Shown in pieces: positions 1-12,576 of a stretch of 64,000 nt of DNA (position 1 is the stretch's first letter; each line of letters begins with the position of its first letter). The position numbers and the translations under genes were made by a program. Source of the DNA: Geosiphon pyriformis uo1 (lineage: Eukaryota > Fungi > Glomeromycota); the NCBI GenBank assembly GCA_016748015.1, contig JAAOMT010000283.1, positions 438,108-502,107 on the forward strand. Reading direction: 5' to 3'. Under the pieces are notes generated by a model. It was given only the letters and a program-made list of their open reading frames with translations, was not told where the DNA came from and ran no database searches.

Positions 1-538
1 TTGAGACTGCTGTTTGATCTGAAGTGGCTCTTGCTTCTACCCACTTTGTAAGATAGTCGGTAGCTGTAATGATGTATCTGTTGCCATCAGGAGTTACTGT
101 TAAAGATCCAACAACATCTATACCAATTCTGTCAAATGGTTGACCAACAGAGATTGGATGAATATCTTCTTTGTGATTGGGTTTTCCTTTTCTTTGGCAG
201 GTATCACAGATTTTAATGTATTTAGCAATGTCTTTTCCCAAGATAGGCCAATAATAGCAAGCTAAGATTTTCCAAATTGTTTTTGTTTTTCCAAAGTATC
301 TAGCTAATAAATCAGTGTGCATATTGTAGATTACAATTTCTTTTTCTTTAAATCTTATGACTCTCTAAAGACGGTTAGAATCTTTTCTATTTCTTTTGTA
401 TAACTGGTTCTGGCGAATCAAATAGAATTTTGATTGTTTGTGCAAATATTTTCTTTGCTGTCAATTGTATTCTGGTGGGTATTGTCCTTTACCCAAAAAT
501 TCCATTAAGGCAGAGTAGTTGTCTAAGTTCATTATCAT
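1..538 (-). pseudogene. A1 integrase, N-terminal part
   Basis: Starts MIMNLDNYSALMEFLGKGQYPPEY; contains H..H/CDTCQRKG zinc motif and PFDRIGIDVVG core start. Confidence 0.9.
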
Positions 539-597
539 GTTTGTTTGTGGGAGAGTTACTAATAATTAGTTTGGTTTAGTTTGAAGTGGTTGTACTG

Positions 598-3500
598 TCA
601 CTTGGTGGTAAGTCTGGAGAGAGTGTCAGCATTTTGATGATTAGCTCCTTTGTGATATTGAATATTATAGTTGAATTCATCCAAGTAGAGTATCCAGTAA
701 GTTAATTTTTTGTGTTCTAGCTTCTTTTTGTTGTGCAGCCAAACCAAAGCTTGGTGATCTGTTACTACCAAGAATTTGGCACCAAGAAGATATTTGTTTT
801 AATAACTAGTAGTCCATACTACTGCCAGACATTTTTGTTCAGTCACTGAGTAGTTCTGCTTTGCTGGTGAGAGAGTTCTACTGGCATATGCTATGGCATG
901 TTCTTTGTCATCTTCATCTTTCTGGGATAGAACAGCTCCAAGTCCATAGCCAGATGCATCAGTGTGGAAAATGAAAGATTGATCTAGATCAGGTTGCTTC
1001 AGAATTGGTTCAGTAACTAGTTTTTTCTTTAGAGTTTTAAAAGCTTTTTGTTGGTGTGTGCCCCAATAGTAGTTAACATTTTTTCTGAATAGCTGATTAA
1101 GTGGAACAGCTATTTTGGAGAAATCCTTGACAAATTTGCAATAATAGAAAGTCAAACCAAGGAAAGAGCATAGTTCATGAACATTCATTGGTTGTCTAAT
1201 GTTCTGGACTTTTTCAATCTTAGCTGGGTCAGGAAAGATTCTATCTTTTGTGATAAAATGACCAAGGAATTGGGTAGATTGTCTTCTAAAGAAAGATTTG
1301 ATTGGGTTGATCTTGAGACCTGCATTTCTGAGAAAATCAAAAACCTTTTGCAAATATACAAGATGTTCATCTCAGGTTTTTGAGTACACTATTATATTGT
1401 CCAAATAGACCAAAACAAAGTTTTTTTTCACTGATTTAAATACTTTATCTATTAAGTATTGAAAGGTGGGAGAGGCATTGGTGAGACCAGAAGGCATGAC
1501 TGTGAATTCATAGATGCCATACTTGGTAATAAAGGCAGTTTTCTTCTGGCTTTCTGGATCCATCTCTACTTGCCAGAATTCAATAGTTAGATCAATGGTT
1601 GAAAAGAAAGCAGCATCTTTGAATTGGTCCAGCATTGCATTAATCTTGGGAAGTGAGTATATGTCTCTTTTAGTGATGGTATTTAATTGGCAGTAATCAA
1701 CACAGAAGCATAGGGTTCCACTTTTCTTGGATATTACTACAACTGGAAAAACCCATTCACTCTTGGTTTTTTGTATAAATCCAAGTTCTTTTATCTGGTT
1801 TATCTCTTTCTTGATGAACTCATCATTGTGCCAATTGGATTAATATGGCTTCAAATGGATGGAGTGAGTTTCTTTGATGGTGATAGTGTGTTGTATTACA
1901 TGGGTTTGTTCAGAGGTATCACTTTCTTTTGAGATAACTGGGCTATTTCTAGCCAGCAGATTTTTAATGTCTATCTTTCTTTCTTCTGGGGAGGGTTTTC
2001 TTTGTTCTACAACTAGTGATTGGATTTCAGGTGGTTCATTCTCAAAGGACTTCTGTACTTCTTTTAATTCTTTTCTTGGTATCAAACTGATTGGTTTCTA
2101 ATCTTTGTAATAGATCAGACAGGATTTGCATTTGTCACTTGAAGAATACAAAGGTTGATTGCACCAGCACCAGACACAAAGACCATGCCACCAATAATAG
2201 TACTTGGCTTTCTTGCTAGGCTTCTGGTCAAAAGTTTTTCTTAGGATATCATAGTAGGGCCAGCAGATCAGCTTGCCATTTACAATAATTCTTTCTCTGT
2301 TAGCTTTGACATTGTTCAGTGACTTGTCATTGCTGATAAAAGTGGTATAGACAAGTTCAACAGTTTCTTCTTGTTTCTTTTGTTCTTCTTTATCATCACT
2401 TTTTTCATTATCTGATTCCTCTAATTGTTCTTCTTCCTGATTCTGTTTTGGTGTTGGAGGGGTTGTCCAGTGGTGACACTTAATCACAATAGGCTTCTCA
2501 TCACATCTGATGGTTAGTTCACAAAGTTCATAATCAAATAATGCTTTGGCTTTCTTGAGCCATTCATTTCCAACAATAATAGTGTATTCCTTGGCTTCAA
2601 AAACTTCCATGTCAGTTTCAANNNNNNNNNNNNNNNNNNNNTGCCATTTACAATAATTCTTTCTCTGTTAGCTTTGACATTGTTCAGTGACTTGTCATTG
2701 CTGATAAAAGTGGTATAGACAAGTTCAACAGTTTCTTCTTGTTTCTTTTGTTCTTCTTTATCATCACTTTTTTCATTATCTGATTCCTCTAATTGTTCTT
2801 CTTCCTGATTCTGTTTTGGTGTTGGAGGGGTTGTCCAGTGGTGACACTTAATCACAATAGGCTTCTCATCACATCTGATGGTTAGTTCACAAAGTTCATA
2901 ATCAAATAATGCTTTGGCTTTCTTGAGCCATTCATTTCCAACAATAATAGTGTATTCCTTGGCTTCAAAAACTTCCATGTCAGTTTCAATGCTGATGCCA
3001 TTGATATGGACAAGAACAGCTTTGGCTATATCCAGATTTTTCTTCTTGTCACCATGTACATTGGTCATTGGTTGGGTAGAAGGTTCATTAATCTTTCTCC
3101 TAATTGCTTCCAAAAAGTGTTTGGCAATGATGTTAACAGATAATTCACTGTCCAGGATCAAGTCAATAAAATAGCCAGCCACTTGGGCTTTGTAAATTAA
3201 TGGAGTGACATTGCTGTTGTCAGCAAGTCCAGCTTGGTGAGAGCATTTATTGGTTTTTAGTGTTTTTTTTTTGGGAATTAGAGATTTGTGGAGATTTTTT
3301 CTGAATTGTGGGTGGGTCATTAGTTGGCCAAAAGTAATGTGTGCAAAAGTTTCTATGAGATTTTTAACAACAGAATAAGGACCAAATTTTTGTACTATTT
3401 CTGGGGGTTTCAACTTTGAAGGATTCTTAAAAACTTTAGCTTTTGGTGGCTCATTATTATCAGCAGTTAATGTGAATGGTTTATTTGGATCTAAAACGAA

Positions 3501-3659
3501 ATCAACTTTGGCTTTCTTCTTCTTTCTTATTGATTCTGAGGTGTTGATTGCTAGTTCATCCATGTTATGGTTATCATCAGTTAAGTTAAAAGCATAAAAA
3601 GAGTTTTCTTCTGGTTGGCTTGCACTCTTACTCTTTGGAGGTACACTTACTAGTTTAAA
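598..3659 (-). pseudogene. A1 pol: aspartic protease, Cys-rich linker, RT, RNase H
   Basis: LILDSELSVNII protease motif (decayed DSG), VYLDNII RT motif, HTDASGYGLGAVLSQ and IAYASRTL RNase H motifs; in-frame stops. Confidence 0.93.
2274..2989. other. Assembly gap (20 N, 2622-2641) flanked by an apparently identical 348-bp duplication
   Basis: 2274-2621 matches 2642-2989; duplication absent from A2 and A3. Confidence 0.93.
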
Positions 3660-5200
3660 GGCTGGTAAACTATGGCTTTAATTAGGGGATCTTCTCCAAA
3701 GAAATTGATGTTGGCATGATTGGGTCTTTAATTGGGGGCATTGTTGTTATTGATTCTGTTGTTCTGGTTGTCATTGTTTCTAGGAACTGGAGAAAGCAAA
3801 GGAGGATTGTTGCAATCTCTGGAGAAGTGTCCAGTTAATCCACATCTATAATATACAGGAGGACCATGATTTTGCTGTCTTTGGTAAGGAGGTTGCTGGG
3901 GCTGATTAAAACGGTTTTCAAATCTGGGTCTTTGTGGTTGCTGGTTATCTCTGACTGCTTGGGCTAATGGTTCTAATAGCTGAGCAAGATTTGCTGTAAG
4001 TCTATCTATTAATTGTTTATTTGGATCTTGTGTCTGGGCAGCAAAAGAAGTAGCAGCCATTTGAGGAGTAGGAGCCATAACAAGAGCAGGAGCAAAAACT
4101 AGAAGTGTGGATCCCAAATGCATTCTTTGATTGTCTTCAATTCTTTGGGTGAGTTTAATGGCTATATCCATGATAGAATTATCTTTTAAAGCCAAGAGAG
4201 GCCAAAGAGCATACAATAAATCAGTTCTCAATCCTTTTGTGAAAGAGGAGATCTTTTGCTCTTCAATCCAGTTTCTACCAGAGTCTACATGCTTGATGAG
4301 TTTTCTGATTGCTTTGGCATATTCGATTACAACTTTACCAGGACCTTGGGTTCTTTTTTCTAATTCCATATGCCATTTGGATATTAAGATGGGGGTTCTG
4401 AATTTGTTTTCAAATCAAGTAGTAAAAGAGGTGTTGTTTTCTCCAATATTTGTTGGGGTCTATCTAACAATTCTTTGTTGAGCACCAGCATTGGTTTCTT
4501 GTGAAAACCAGGTAGCAGGGGAGCCTTGGAGGTAGCCACCAACGATTTGGAACTTGTATTCATCATCATACTGGTTTGCAGTCGCTGCTCTTTCAAAATT
4601 GTCCAACCATTCAATTGGATCTTGGACATCACCTCTGAATAGGGGTAGTGGGGTGTTGTTTCTTTACCCCAAAGCAGTTTGTATGCCTTGGAAAGTGGTC
4701 AAAATGTTTGCTTGCATGGGGTCTTAGGCTATTGGTTCAGGGGTTACTGTTTAAGTGGAATGTTCTGATTCACTTAAAAAGAGATCAAAAATAGGAGCAG
4801 TTTGGTAACTTTCTTTTTCTGTTTCAAGGGGAGTTATAGTTGACTGGTAAGCAGCAACTCAAATGTGTATTTGGTGATTCAGATATTCCAAATCAGGGAG
4901 CTGTTATGTAAAAGTTGTGGAGTATAAAAGCTGATTGATGCTATTATTTCTTTCTTCAAAGTTGTCTTCAAAATAAGCTTGGTCAAAGTAATAAGTTGTA
5001 TATGCTATATAGGTTTTAGCTGAGTGCTCATTTAGGAACCAGTTCCAAAAGTCTTGGAGTTGTCTATTAGATTGTTTTTCAAGAGGAAAGCAAATCAAGC
5101 AAGAGGGCAAGAGATTAAGTTTAATAAAGTCTAGATCATTTCTGTTGTGTGCTGTAAAGTGTTTTTCTGATTGCTGTAGCAGGTATGAATAATCATCCAT
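3650..5200 (-). pseudogene. A1 gag
   Basis: MDDYSYLLQ N-terminus, PLFRGD.QDPIEWLD capsid-like motif, decayed CCHC knuckle YYRCGLTGHFSRDC. Confidence 0.88.
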
Positions 5201-5229
5201 ACAATGAAGAAATAAGTGAATTTTGACAA

Positions 5230-5246
5230 CCTCACAGGGAGCACCA
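5230..5246 (-). promoter_or_regulatory. PBS TGGTGCTCCCTGTGAGG (elongator tRNA-Met-like)
   Basis: Starts with TGG, 6 nt inside the 5' LTR end; decayed copies near 17127 and 44360. Confidence 0.85.
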
Positions 5247-5252
5247 CTTTTA

Positions 5253-5963
5253 TGTTACAGGTTGGAGTAACAAGCTAATGGATAGCAAAGAAAAACAGAA
5301 TTGTAGGGTGATGGAAATAATCAAAGGGGAATTCAACTTCAAAGAGCGAATTGAATAAGTATGGATTTAATGTGCAAGATTAGTCTCATAAAATATCTCA
5401 GTCACTATACTTTTCAAAGGTAACTGGGGAATCTGAAGGTAGAAAAATAGTCCGTACTGTCAACAAATGATCACACTTGGTATAATTCTATGCCTTATGT
5501 CGGCACTCTTAGAATTCAATATCAAGTATCAAATGTGCTCTTCAGTCACGTTTTATTCAATAATCTTCAATTACTTTGTTTAATCATTTCAGGAAAAGGC
5601 AAATAAATACCAACAAGAGATCTTTTATCCAAAAAATGTTCAGATACTTGAAGGTAAGGAAAGAGAAATTAGCGATAAGAGAATGTTTAAGATAAAAGTT
5701 GTTTTATTATATTTCTTTGATTGTTGGGAACATACTTTTCTACAACTAAGAGACTCATTGTTTATATAGCTATGAAAAGTGGTCAACAACCAGGTCAATA
5801 ATCAGGTCAATAATCAGGTCAATGATCAGGTCAACAGTCAGGTCATTGATTAAGTTAATGATCAGGTTAATAATTACTATCTAAAAATAGGTTGGCTAAT
5901 TATATGACATCAGTAGCTAATACATGTAATAACTAATAAAAACTATGAGTTTCAACTATAACA
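5253..5963 (-). repeat. A1 5' LTR
   Basis: TGTTA...TGTAACA termini, 12-bp CAGGTCAATRAT array (5790-5875), TATA-like CTATATAA. Confidence 0.93.
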
Positions 5964-6699
5964 ATGCCAAAGCAAGTAAGACAACAAACCATGTCTTGCT
6001 TGTGGTAAACAACTATTTGATAAAGGAATATAAAATAACATTCCTGGTCAAAAAAAACATGCAATATTTTATGTTAATATACTATCTTTATAAGTAACTG
6101 AGTCAATTGTGGAACACTTATTACTACTATATGACACCAAGCAATTTCTTATTTAAACAGCTATCTGCACAACAAAGATAAGATTTGGTGAATGGCCAAT
6201 GCCAAAGTAGAAGGTGCTTCATCTAGTGAGATCCTGGAGATAAAAAACAATCCTCCAGAACCAGTTGACATTATTCTTATCTTCAATTCAGACACATTTT
6301 TAGAAATTAAAACTGGCTCAGAGGAATTCCATAAGCATTACCAGAATTTGGCACCAACAAAAAAAGAGCAGAAACAGCACTTAAAAGAAATAAACACTTA
6401 ACTATGTGATTACTGTTTGATTCTATGTGACTTTGAATATTGTAATGAGTATAATCTCATTTACAATTTACCATCACACATGATCTACACAATTCCAGAG
6501 GAAGAGAAACCAATCAGCAGCTGTGCATCAGAATCAGAATTACAGTTCAATCCCAATTCAAACTCTGACAATAATAATAATGAAAACACTGGCTCTAGCT
6601 TTATTCAAATAGACAACAACAACAACAACAATTTGGATTCCAATTCAAATCCCAAACAATACATCACACTTCTTGATCTTTCTAAAGAACAAAAACTCA

Positions 6700-7125
6700 A
6701 ATAGTTTAGTGATAATAATGAAAGTATTATGCCAGAATGCGTGTATAATACCAATGTAGAGTTCAATCTAAGATATTTTAAAAAAAATGTCATCAAATTA
6801 GAACCATATTTACACACCTGCATTAATCTGAAAGTAATATTAGAAATTTTAGCAACAACAATGGTTCAGCTAGCATCTAGAAGTAGTTTAGCAAAAAAAA
6901 AGATTAATATCAGAGGAAGAATAATTGATGCAGAATATATAGAAAATATTATTGTAATGTTATAAAACAACTCAGAAAAAGTCTATATTATAGAGCCAAA
7001 TAAAAAGATAGCACAGGCAATATTTCTATTTCTGGTTAAAATAGCTCAATTAGTATTAATGAGAAACAGAGAAAAATTAGGGATTATAGCTAGAAGAATT
7101 AGTGGATTCAGATTCATGAGTAGAA
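6700..7125 (+). pseudogene. dUTPase domain of B1 pol
   Basis: Decayed motifs: (AG)FNLRY, LASRSSLA, RGRIIDAEY, KIAQAIF, RRISGFRF. Confidence 0.88.
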
Positions 7126-7599
7126 TAAATATACCAGTTAATATGGCAGAAGAAAAAATTATTGACAAAGGAGAAATTATTTTCATCTGTCAACCAATTT
7201 CTATTCTGCTATATAATTAGTACATATTAGCCATAGAAAGAAAAGTAAAGGATCAAGCTCAAATGTTTGAAGCAGAAGCTACAATTTGTAAATTAGGCAA
7301 GATTGGACTCATCAATCTGTATATATTAGCCAAAAGCCCAAAACACATAAAAATTCCCATCTACAATACAACTGAAAATATTATTAAAATACCAAAAAGA
7401 ACTATCATCGAATATTTAACTACCAAACACCATTCCAGATTTTTTACAGCTGTGCAAATATGTGGATATTACATCACAAACAATCTACAGATAAAGTAAA
7501 TATTATCTACTCCAACCAGAACAATTGGAACAAATGAATCTGGGAAACTTAGACCCACTACAATAGATACAGCTTAAGATATTACTTAATAACTTTAAT

Positions 7600-8933
7600 G
7601 ACATTTTTGCTAGTAAAACAAGTTTGGCAGAACTGATATTATCCAATATTAGATTAAGACCAGAAATACAATGTCAATTAAACAAAGAGCATACTAAGTA
7701 CCACCAATAAGTCATGAAATCATCTGACAAGAAATCAATCAGATGTTAAACAATGGGTTAATTCAATCATTAATAAGTCCATGGTCTTTACCAGTTATAT
7801 TAATTCAGAAGAAAAATGGAAAAATTCAATTTTGTGTAGATTACTGAAAACTTAATAGAGTAATCAAAAAAGATAGCTACCCAACTCTAAAAATCCAAGA
7901 ACTTTTTGATGCATTTAGAAAAAAAAAATGGTTCTCAATACTAGACTTAGATAATGGGTATTGGCAAGTAGTTATAAATTCAGCCGATAAAGAAAAGACC
8001 ACATTCACAACAAGAGAGAGAAATTTTGAGTTTGAAGTAATGCCATTTGGCTTAATGAATACTTCAATAACATTCCAATAACTTATGAAAATTGTCTATA
8101 CCAAACTGTTATGAAAATCAGTAGTCATATATTTAGATAATACCAATGTATTCTCAAAAATATTTGATGATCATCTTTATTATCTACAACAAGTGTTTGA
8201 AAGACTGAGAAAAGTGGGACTAAAGTTAAATGCCAACAAATGCTTTTTTAGAAAAATGGAGTTAAAGTTTTTGGGACATGTCATAAGCAAAAATGGCATC
8301 AAAACAGATCCAGACAAGATTAAAATTGTCAAAAACTTTTTAGTACCAACTAATCTTATAGAACTAAGAGCATTTTTGGAATTTGCAGGGTACTACTACC
8401 ACTTTATCAAAGACTTTTTCAAACTAGCTCAGCCATTACACCAGCTTCAGACCAAAAACACCAAATATAAATGGACAGAAAACCAACAAGAAGCTTTTGA
8501 TATATTAAGAAAAAAGCTTATTTAAGCTCCAGTACTAATCTATTCAGATTACAACAAACCATTCATTATTACAACTAATGTATTAGGTCAAGCATTGAAA
8601 ACAGTACTATCTTAGAAAAGACCAGATGAGAGAGAACACCCAGTAGCATATGCTAGTTGCAACTTAAATTTAACTGAAAAGAACTATAAAACTCTAGCAC
8701 TAAAACACTTAGCAATCTATTGAACAGTCATAAAATGAAAGAAATACTTAAGCCAGAAATTTGACATATATACTGACCATAAAGGATTGACTTCAATTCA
8801 GAAGCAAAAATTTGGAAATGATTGCTATACTAGATAAAAAATAGAACTTTTATTATTTAATTATATAGTACATTACAAAAAAAGAAAAGAAAACAGAAAT
8901 GCTGATAGTTTGTTATAAATAAAACAAATCTAA
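7600..8933 (+). pseudogene. B1 RT and RNase H
   Basis: FCVDY.KLN, VMPFGL, IYLDNTN, KFLGHVIS, HPVAYAS, NADSL; frame ends TAA at 8931-8933. Confidence 0.92.
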
Positions 8934-8963
8934 GAACATTTCAAATCAAAAATATAACAAAAG

Positions 8964-10340
8964 ATGAATACACAAAAATATTAACAACTCCAATATTATA
9001 TTACTATTCAGCAGTTCAAAGAAAAATTATCTTTAAAGGAATAAAACAACATAAAACAACAATCTAAATATTTTATTACCCATCAAAATATATTATATTG
9101 GAAAAACAAAAAAGAGCCAAATCAACTATTTAGAGTAATTACAAAACCAAAAAAAGAAACAATACTGTTTAATATGTACTCAAATCTAATAGCAAGATAT
9201 TTCCATAAAGAAGCAACCATAGAAAAAACCAGAAAAAGATACTATTGGCCATCAATATATCCAGATATTATCTAATATGTTCAAAATTGTGATGTTTGTC
9301 AAAGAAGAAAAGAAACAAGACCAAGTAAATCATTAAGACCAATTAAAGTAGAACACCCATTTGATCACATTGAAATTGACTTAGTTGAATCACTAACAAT
9401 CACCAGTAGAGACAACAAATATATTGCAGTAGTCATAAACTATCTCACAAAATGGCCAGAAACAAAAGCTATTTAAAGAGCAAATGCAGAATCTGTTGCC
9501 AAATTTGTTCATTAAGATTTAATTTGTCAATACAGATGCCTAAAAGAATTATTATTCAATTAAGGAACTTATTTTGTGAATAGAACATTAGCAGAATTAA
9601 ATCAAAAATTTGGAATAAAAAGACCATTATTATCATCATATTATTTACAAACCAACAGTTTAGTTGAAAGATTCAATAGAATATTGTGTAAAACAATTGT
9701 CAAAATTAGTCAAAAAAATCAAGACAAATAGAATTTGTTTATACTATCAGTATTATTGGCTTATCAGACAATAAAGCAAAACACCACACAAACAACATCA
9801 TTTGAATTAGTATATGGTAGAACAGCAACACTACCAGTAGAGATAAAAGTCAACATATATCCAATTGAATCAATAACAGAAAACAATTTCCAAGAAACAC
9901 TGTTGAAAAGAACATATGACTTAATAAAAACACTAAAAAACAAATGGCAAAAAGCAGCTGATAACATCCAAAAGTCACAAAAAAAACAAAAAAAAAGACA
10001 TAATAACCAACTATTAGATAAACCAGTTGAATTCAAGATTGGAGACAAAGTACTCTTACATTATATCAAAATGGAAAAACAATAGAATGAAAAATTTGAC
10101 CCCAAATAGAATAAACCATTTTACATAGAAGAAATTCTAGGAAATAGAGCTTATAAATTAAAATAAAACAACAAAATTTTAGCCAAAGCAGCACATGGTA
10201 ATTGACTGAAACCATATCACCATATAATATCATTATCCATCAATAATATTCTACAATTAGAAGTACAACAAATACTAGTCCAACCAGATAAAATTTCATG
10301 AGATCTGGAACCAATTATAATCATTGAACCAAATATGTGA
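8964..10340 (+). pseudogene. B1 integrase with its own ATG
   Basis: MNTQKY start, RYYWPSIY..CDVCQR, PFDHIEIDLV, QTNSLVERFNR, decayed GPF-type C-terminus, ends EPIIIIEPNM*. Confidence 0.9.
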
Positions 10341-10401
10341 AAATTAAACAACCAAAAAAATATATAAAAACACAGTATATACAACAAAAGCAACAAAAAA
10401 A

Positions 10402-11050
10402 ATGGAAATCCCAGATTATATTCATACTTTAACTCAACAATTGTTTTAGATCTTAAGTCAACAGCAATTAAACATGAAAATTATCATCAACTACCAAACA
10501 ATTTGTTATCAAAACACCAAACAAAAAAAAAATACACCATATTAGCAATTACAAAAACAATTAATAAATTGATTAGATAAAATAGTAGAGAAAATAAAAA
10601 ACACTTTTGGAAAAATACCCATCATGGTTCTAACAAAAGAACTTTCAAAAGAGAATTAGAAACAATAAACAAATCAATTTTCAATACTATACTGTTACTA
10701 TCAGTTGAGACAAAAATTGAACATTGAGAAATTATATCTTGATAAAACCAAAAGAATATTTGATCAAAAAATAATACAGAATATTAAAAATATTATTGGA
10801 AAGAAAACAAATCTAATACTGTATATTAAAACAATCTATCAACTACACATGATATTTCAAAATTACCCAGAAATATTGTTATATTTTAGCATAGAGACAA
10901 TCACTATTAACCAATGGAAAAGAATAAACAATGCATAAATTAAAGATATAAGAAACAAAATTGAACAAACAGTATTAGAAAAAGAAATATTAGACTTAAT
11001 TCAAAGTAAAGATTTTGACAGAGCTCAATATTAAAAAGAGGAGATAATGT
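10402..11050 (+). pseudogene. B1 ORF3, unknown protein in the env position
   Basis: ATG at 10402 after an A-rich spacer; YIKTIYQLHMIFQNYPEIL..TITINQW resembles family C ORF3. Confidence 0.65.
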
Positions 11051-11904
11051 TACTCATAAAAGAAAAACATATAAAGAAAATGATGAGAAAAACAAATAGA
11101 CTAATAAGAAAATAGTAGTTAACACATAAGCATATTGCTCAGCAATGTAGAGCAATATCAAAAATTATAGCATATTGCTCAGTAATATGGAGCAATGTTA
11201 AAAAATTAGAGCACATTGCTCAAGAAATTATAGCACATTGCTCGAGAATGTAAGCAATCTCATAGAACCTAAATTATGTATATATAGCAAGAGTGATAGA
11301 AGCAAAAAAACAGGATTTACTTTATTAAGACTATTTAGTTTAGATTTTATTTAAGCAATTTTTCAAAATTACAAATATCAATAAATAACTATTTGTTATC
11401 TCAATTCATTCTCTATTATTAATATTTCATGTTAATAGTAATAAATATTTAACCACATTAGAACAATAGCTTTTAATCATAACTATTGATAAGATACTAA
11501 CTTACATTTGCCTTGGCTTATTTCTTTCTTTTATTATTTCTTTCTTTTTTATTATTTTGTTTTTTGTTGTTTACTAATTGATTAAAAATCACACATGAAA
11601 TAATTGATGTCAAGGATAGCCTGGTAAAAAACCCTAAAGAAAGAGTATAGAGTATAAGAATTTAAAAATAACTTACCAGAAAGACATTTCTGCCAGATTA
11701 TTGGTTACTATGCTAAGAAAAAAATTCAATAAATTGCAATTTTGGAAGACTACTAAAACACTATTGAATCTCTGTTCATTATATAAAAAACTTAACCAAA
11801 ACTTTCAGATACAAAACTTTCAGAAATCAACACCAAATTAGCTATTGAGCACCAAGTTATGAGTTTGTTATTTAATTTGAAACCTTAAATAATTACCTAT
11901 AACA
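11048..11904 (+). repeat. B1 3' LTR
   Basis: TGTTACTCATA...TATAACA, ATTGCTC/GAGCAAT array, TATGTATATATAGC, ATCAATAAAT. Confidence 0.9.
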
Positions 11905-11920
11905 TTGTTAAAATAGATCT

Positions 11921-12042
11921 ATAGTGTTGTTTTAATTGGTCTAAGTGACTAGTTATATGTAAAAAGTGCATAATTTGTGCCTAGTTTAAATTATTTAATT
12001 TAATATATTGTGCTAAATAATATTTAGACTTTATTCATAAAA
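11921..12042 (+). mobile_element. Degenerate 3' UTR remnant of the LINE family at 12577-13800
   Basis: atagtgttgttttaattggtctaagtgactagttatatgtaaaaagtgcataatttgtgcctagttt aligns to 13666-13785. Confidence 0.75.
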
Positions 12043-12576
12043 TATTAAAAATAAAAATAAAAAGATGTATTAAGTTTATTTTAAAGTTTTTTGATTATAA
12101 ACTTGTTAATATATTTTTATATATAGTTAAATATAAAACTATAATATAAATAATATTATATGTTATAAGTAAATCAATTTAATAATTTTTTTAATATAAT
12201 ATTTTTTAATTATTATATAATTATAATAATTAATTACATATAACAAATATATAAATTATATTTATTTTAGAGTTTTTTATTAAACTATATTATTTTAAGT
12301 AGCAATTAAATCATATTTATTATTATATAATATAATTGTAATTTTTAATTATTAAAACACAATTATAAATTTAAATTTTAAGTATTCTATTATTAAAATA
12401 TTTAATTTTAAAGTTTTATATTATTATATTTACATAAAAAATATATTTTTAAAATTTTTTTTATGTTTTTATTTTAAAAAAAACAATATTTAAATAATTA
12501 AATATTATTTATTTATTTTATAATAATTAAAAATCAATTAAAAAAATTACAATAAAAATTTATAAATATGTATTTT

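Larger units (their letters stand above)
1..5963 (-). mobile_element. Ty3/Gypsy LTR retrotransposon family A, copy A1 (3' part runs off the window start); inserted into element B1
   Basis: 5' LTR 5253-5963, PBS 5230-5246, then gag, protease, RT, RNase H and integrase fragments on the minus strand, colinear with A2, A3 and A4. Confidence 0.95.
5964..11904 (+). mobile_element. Ty3/Gypsy family B, copy B1, 3' part (5' part displaced by A1)
   Basis: Cys-rich domain, dUTPase, RT, RNase H, integrase, ORF3, PPT (11033-11047), 3' LTR 11048-11904. Confidence 0.93.

Noticed and set aside
2274-2989. Tandem duplication within A1 pol
   Set aside because: The copies look identical, abut a 20-N gap and are absent from A2 and A3; this is an unmerged contig overlap.
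5226-5250. tRNA gene
   Set aside because: Only about 17 nt match a tRNA 3' end including CCA, which is a PBS; no cloverleaf is present.
5790-5875. CRISPR-like array, or nuclear-receptor AGGTCA elements
   Set aside because: The 12-bp units are contiguous with no unique spacers and lie inside an LTR of a eukaryotic repeat region; the AGGTCA match is most likely coincidental.
10200-10340. Chromodomain at the integrase C-terminus
   Set aside because: The integrase ends shortly after the GPF-type module with EPIIIIE; no chromodomain motif is seen.
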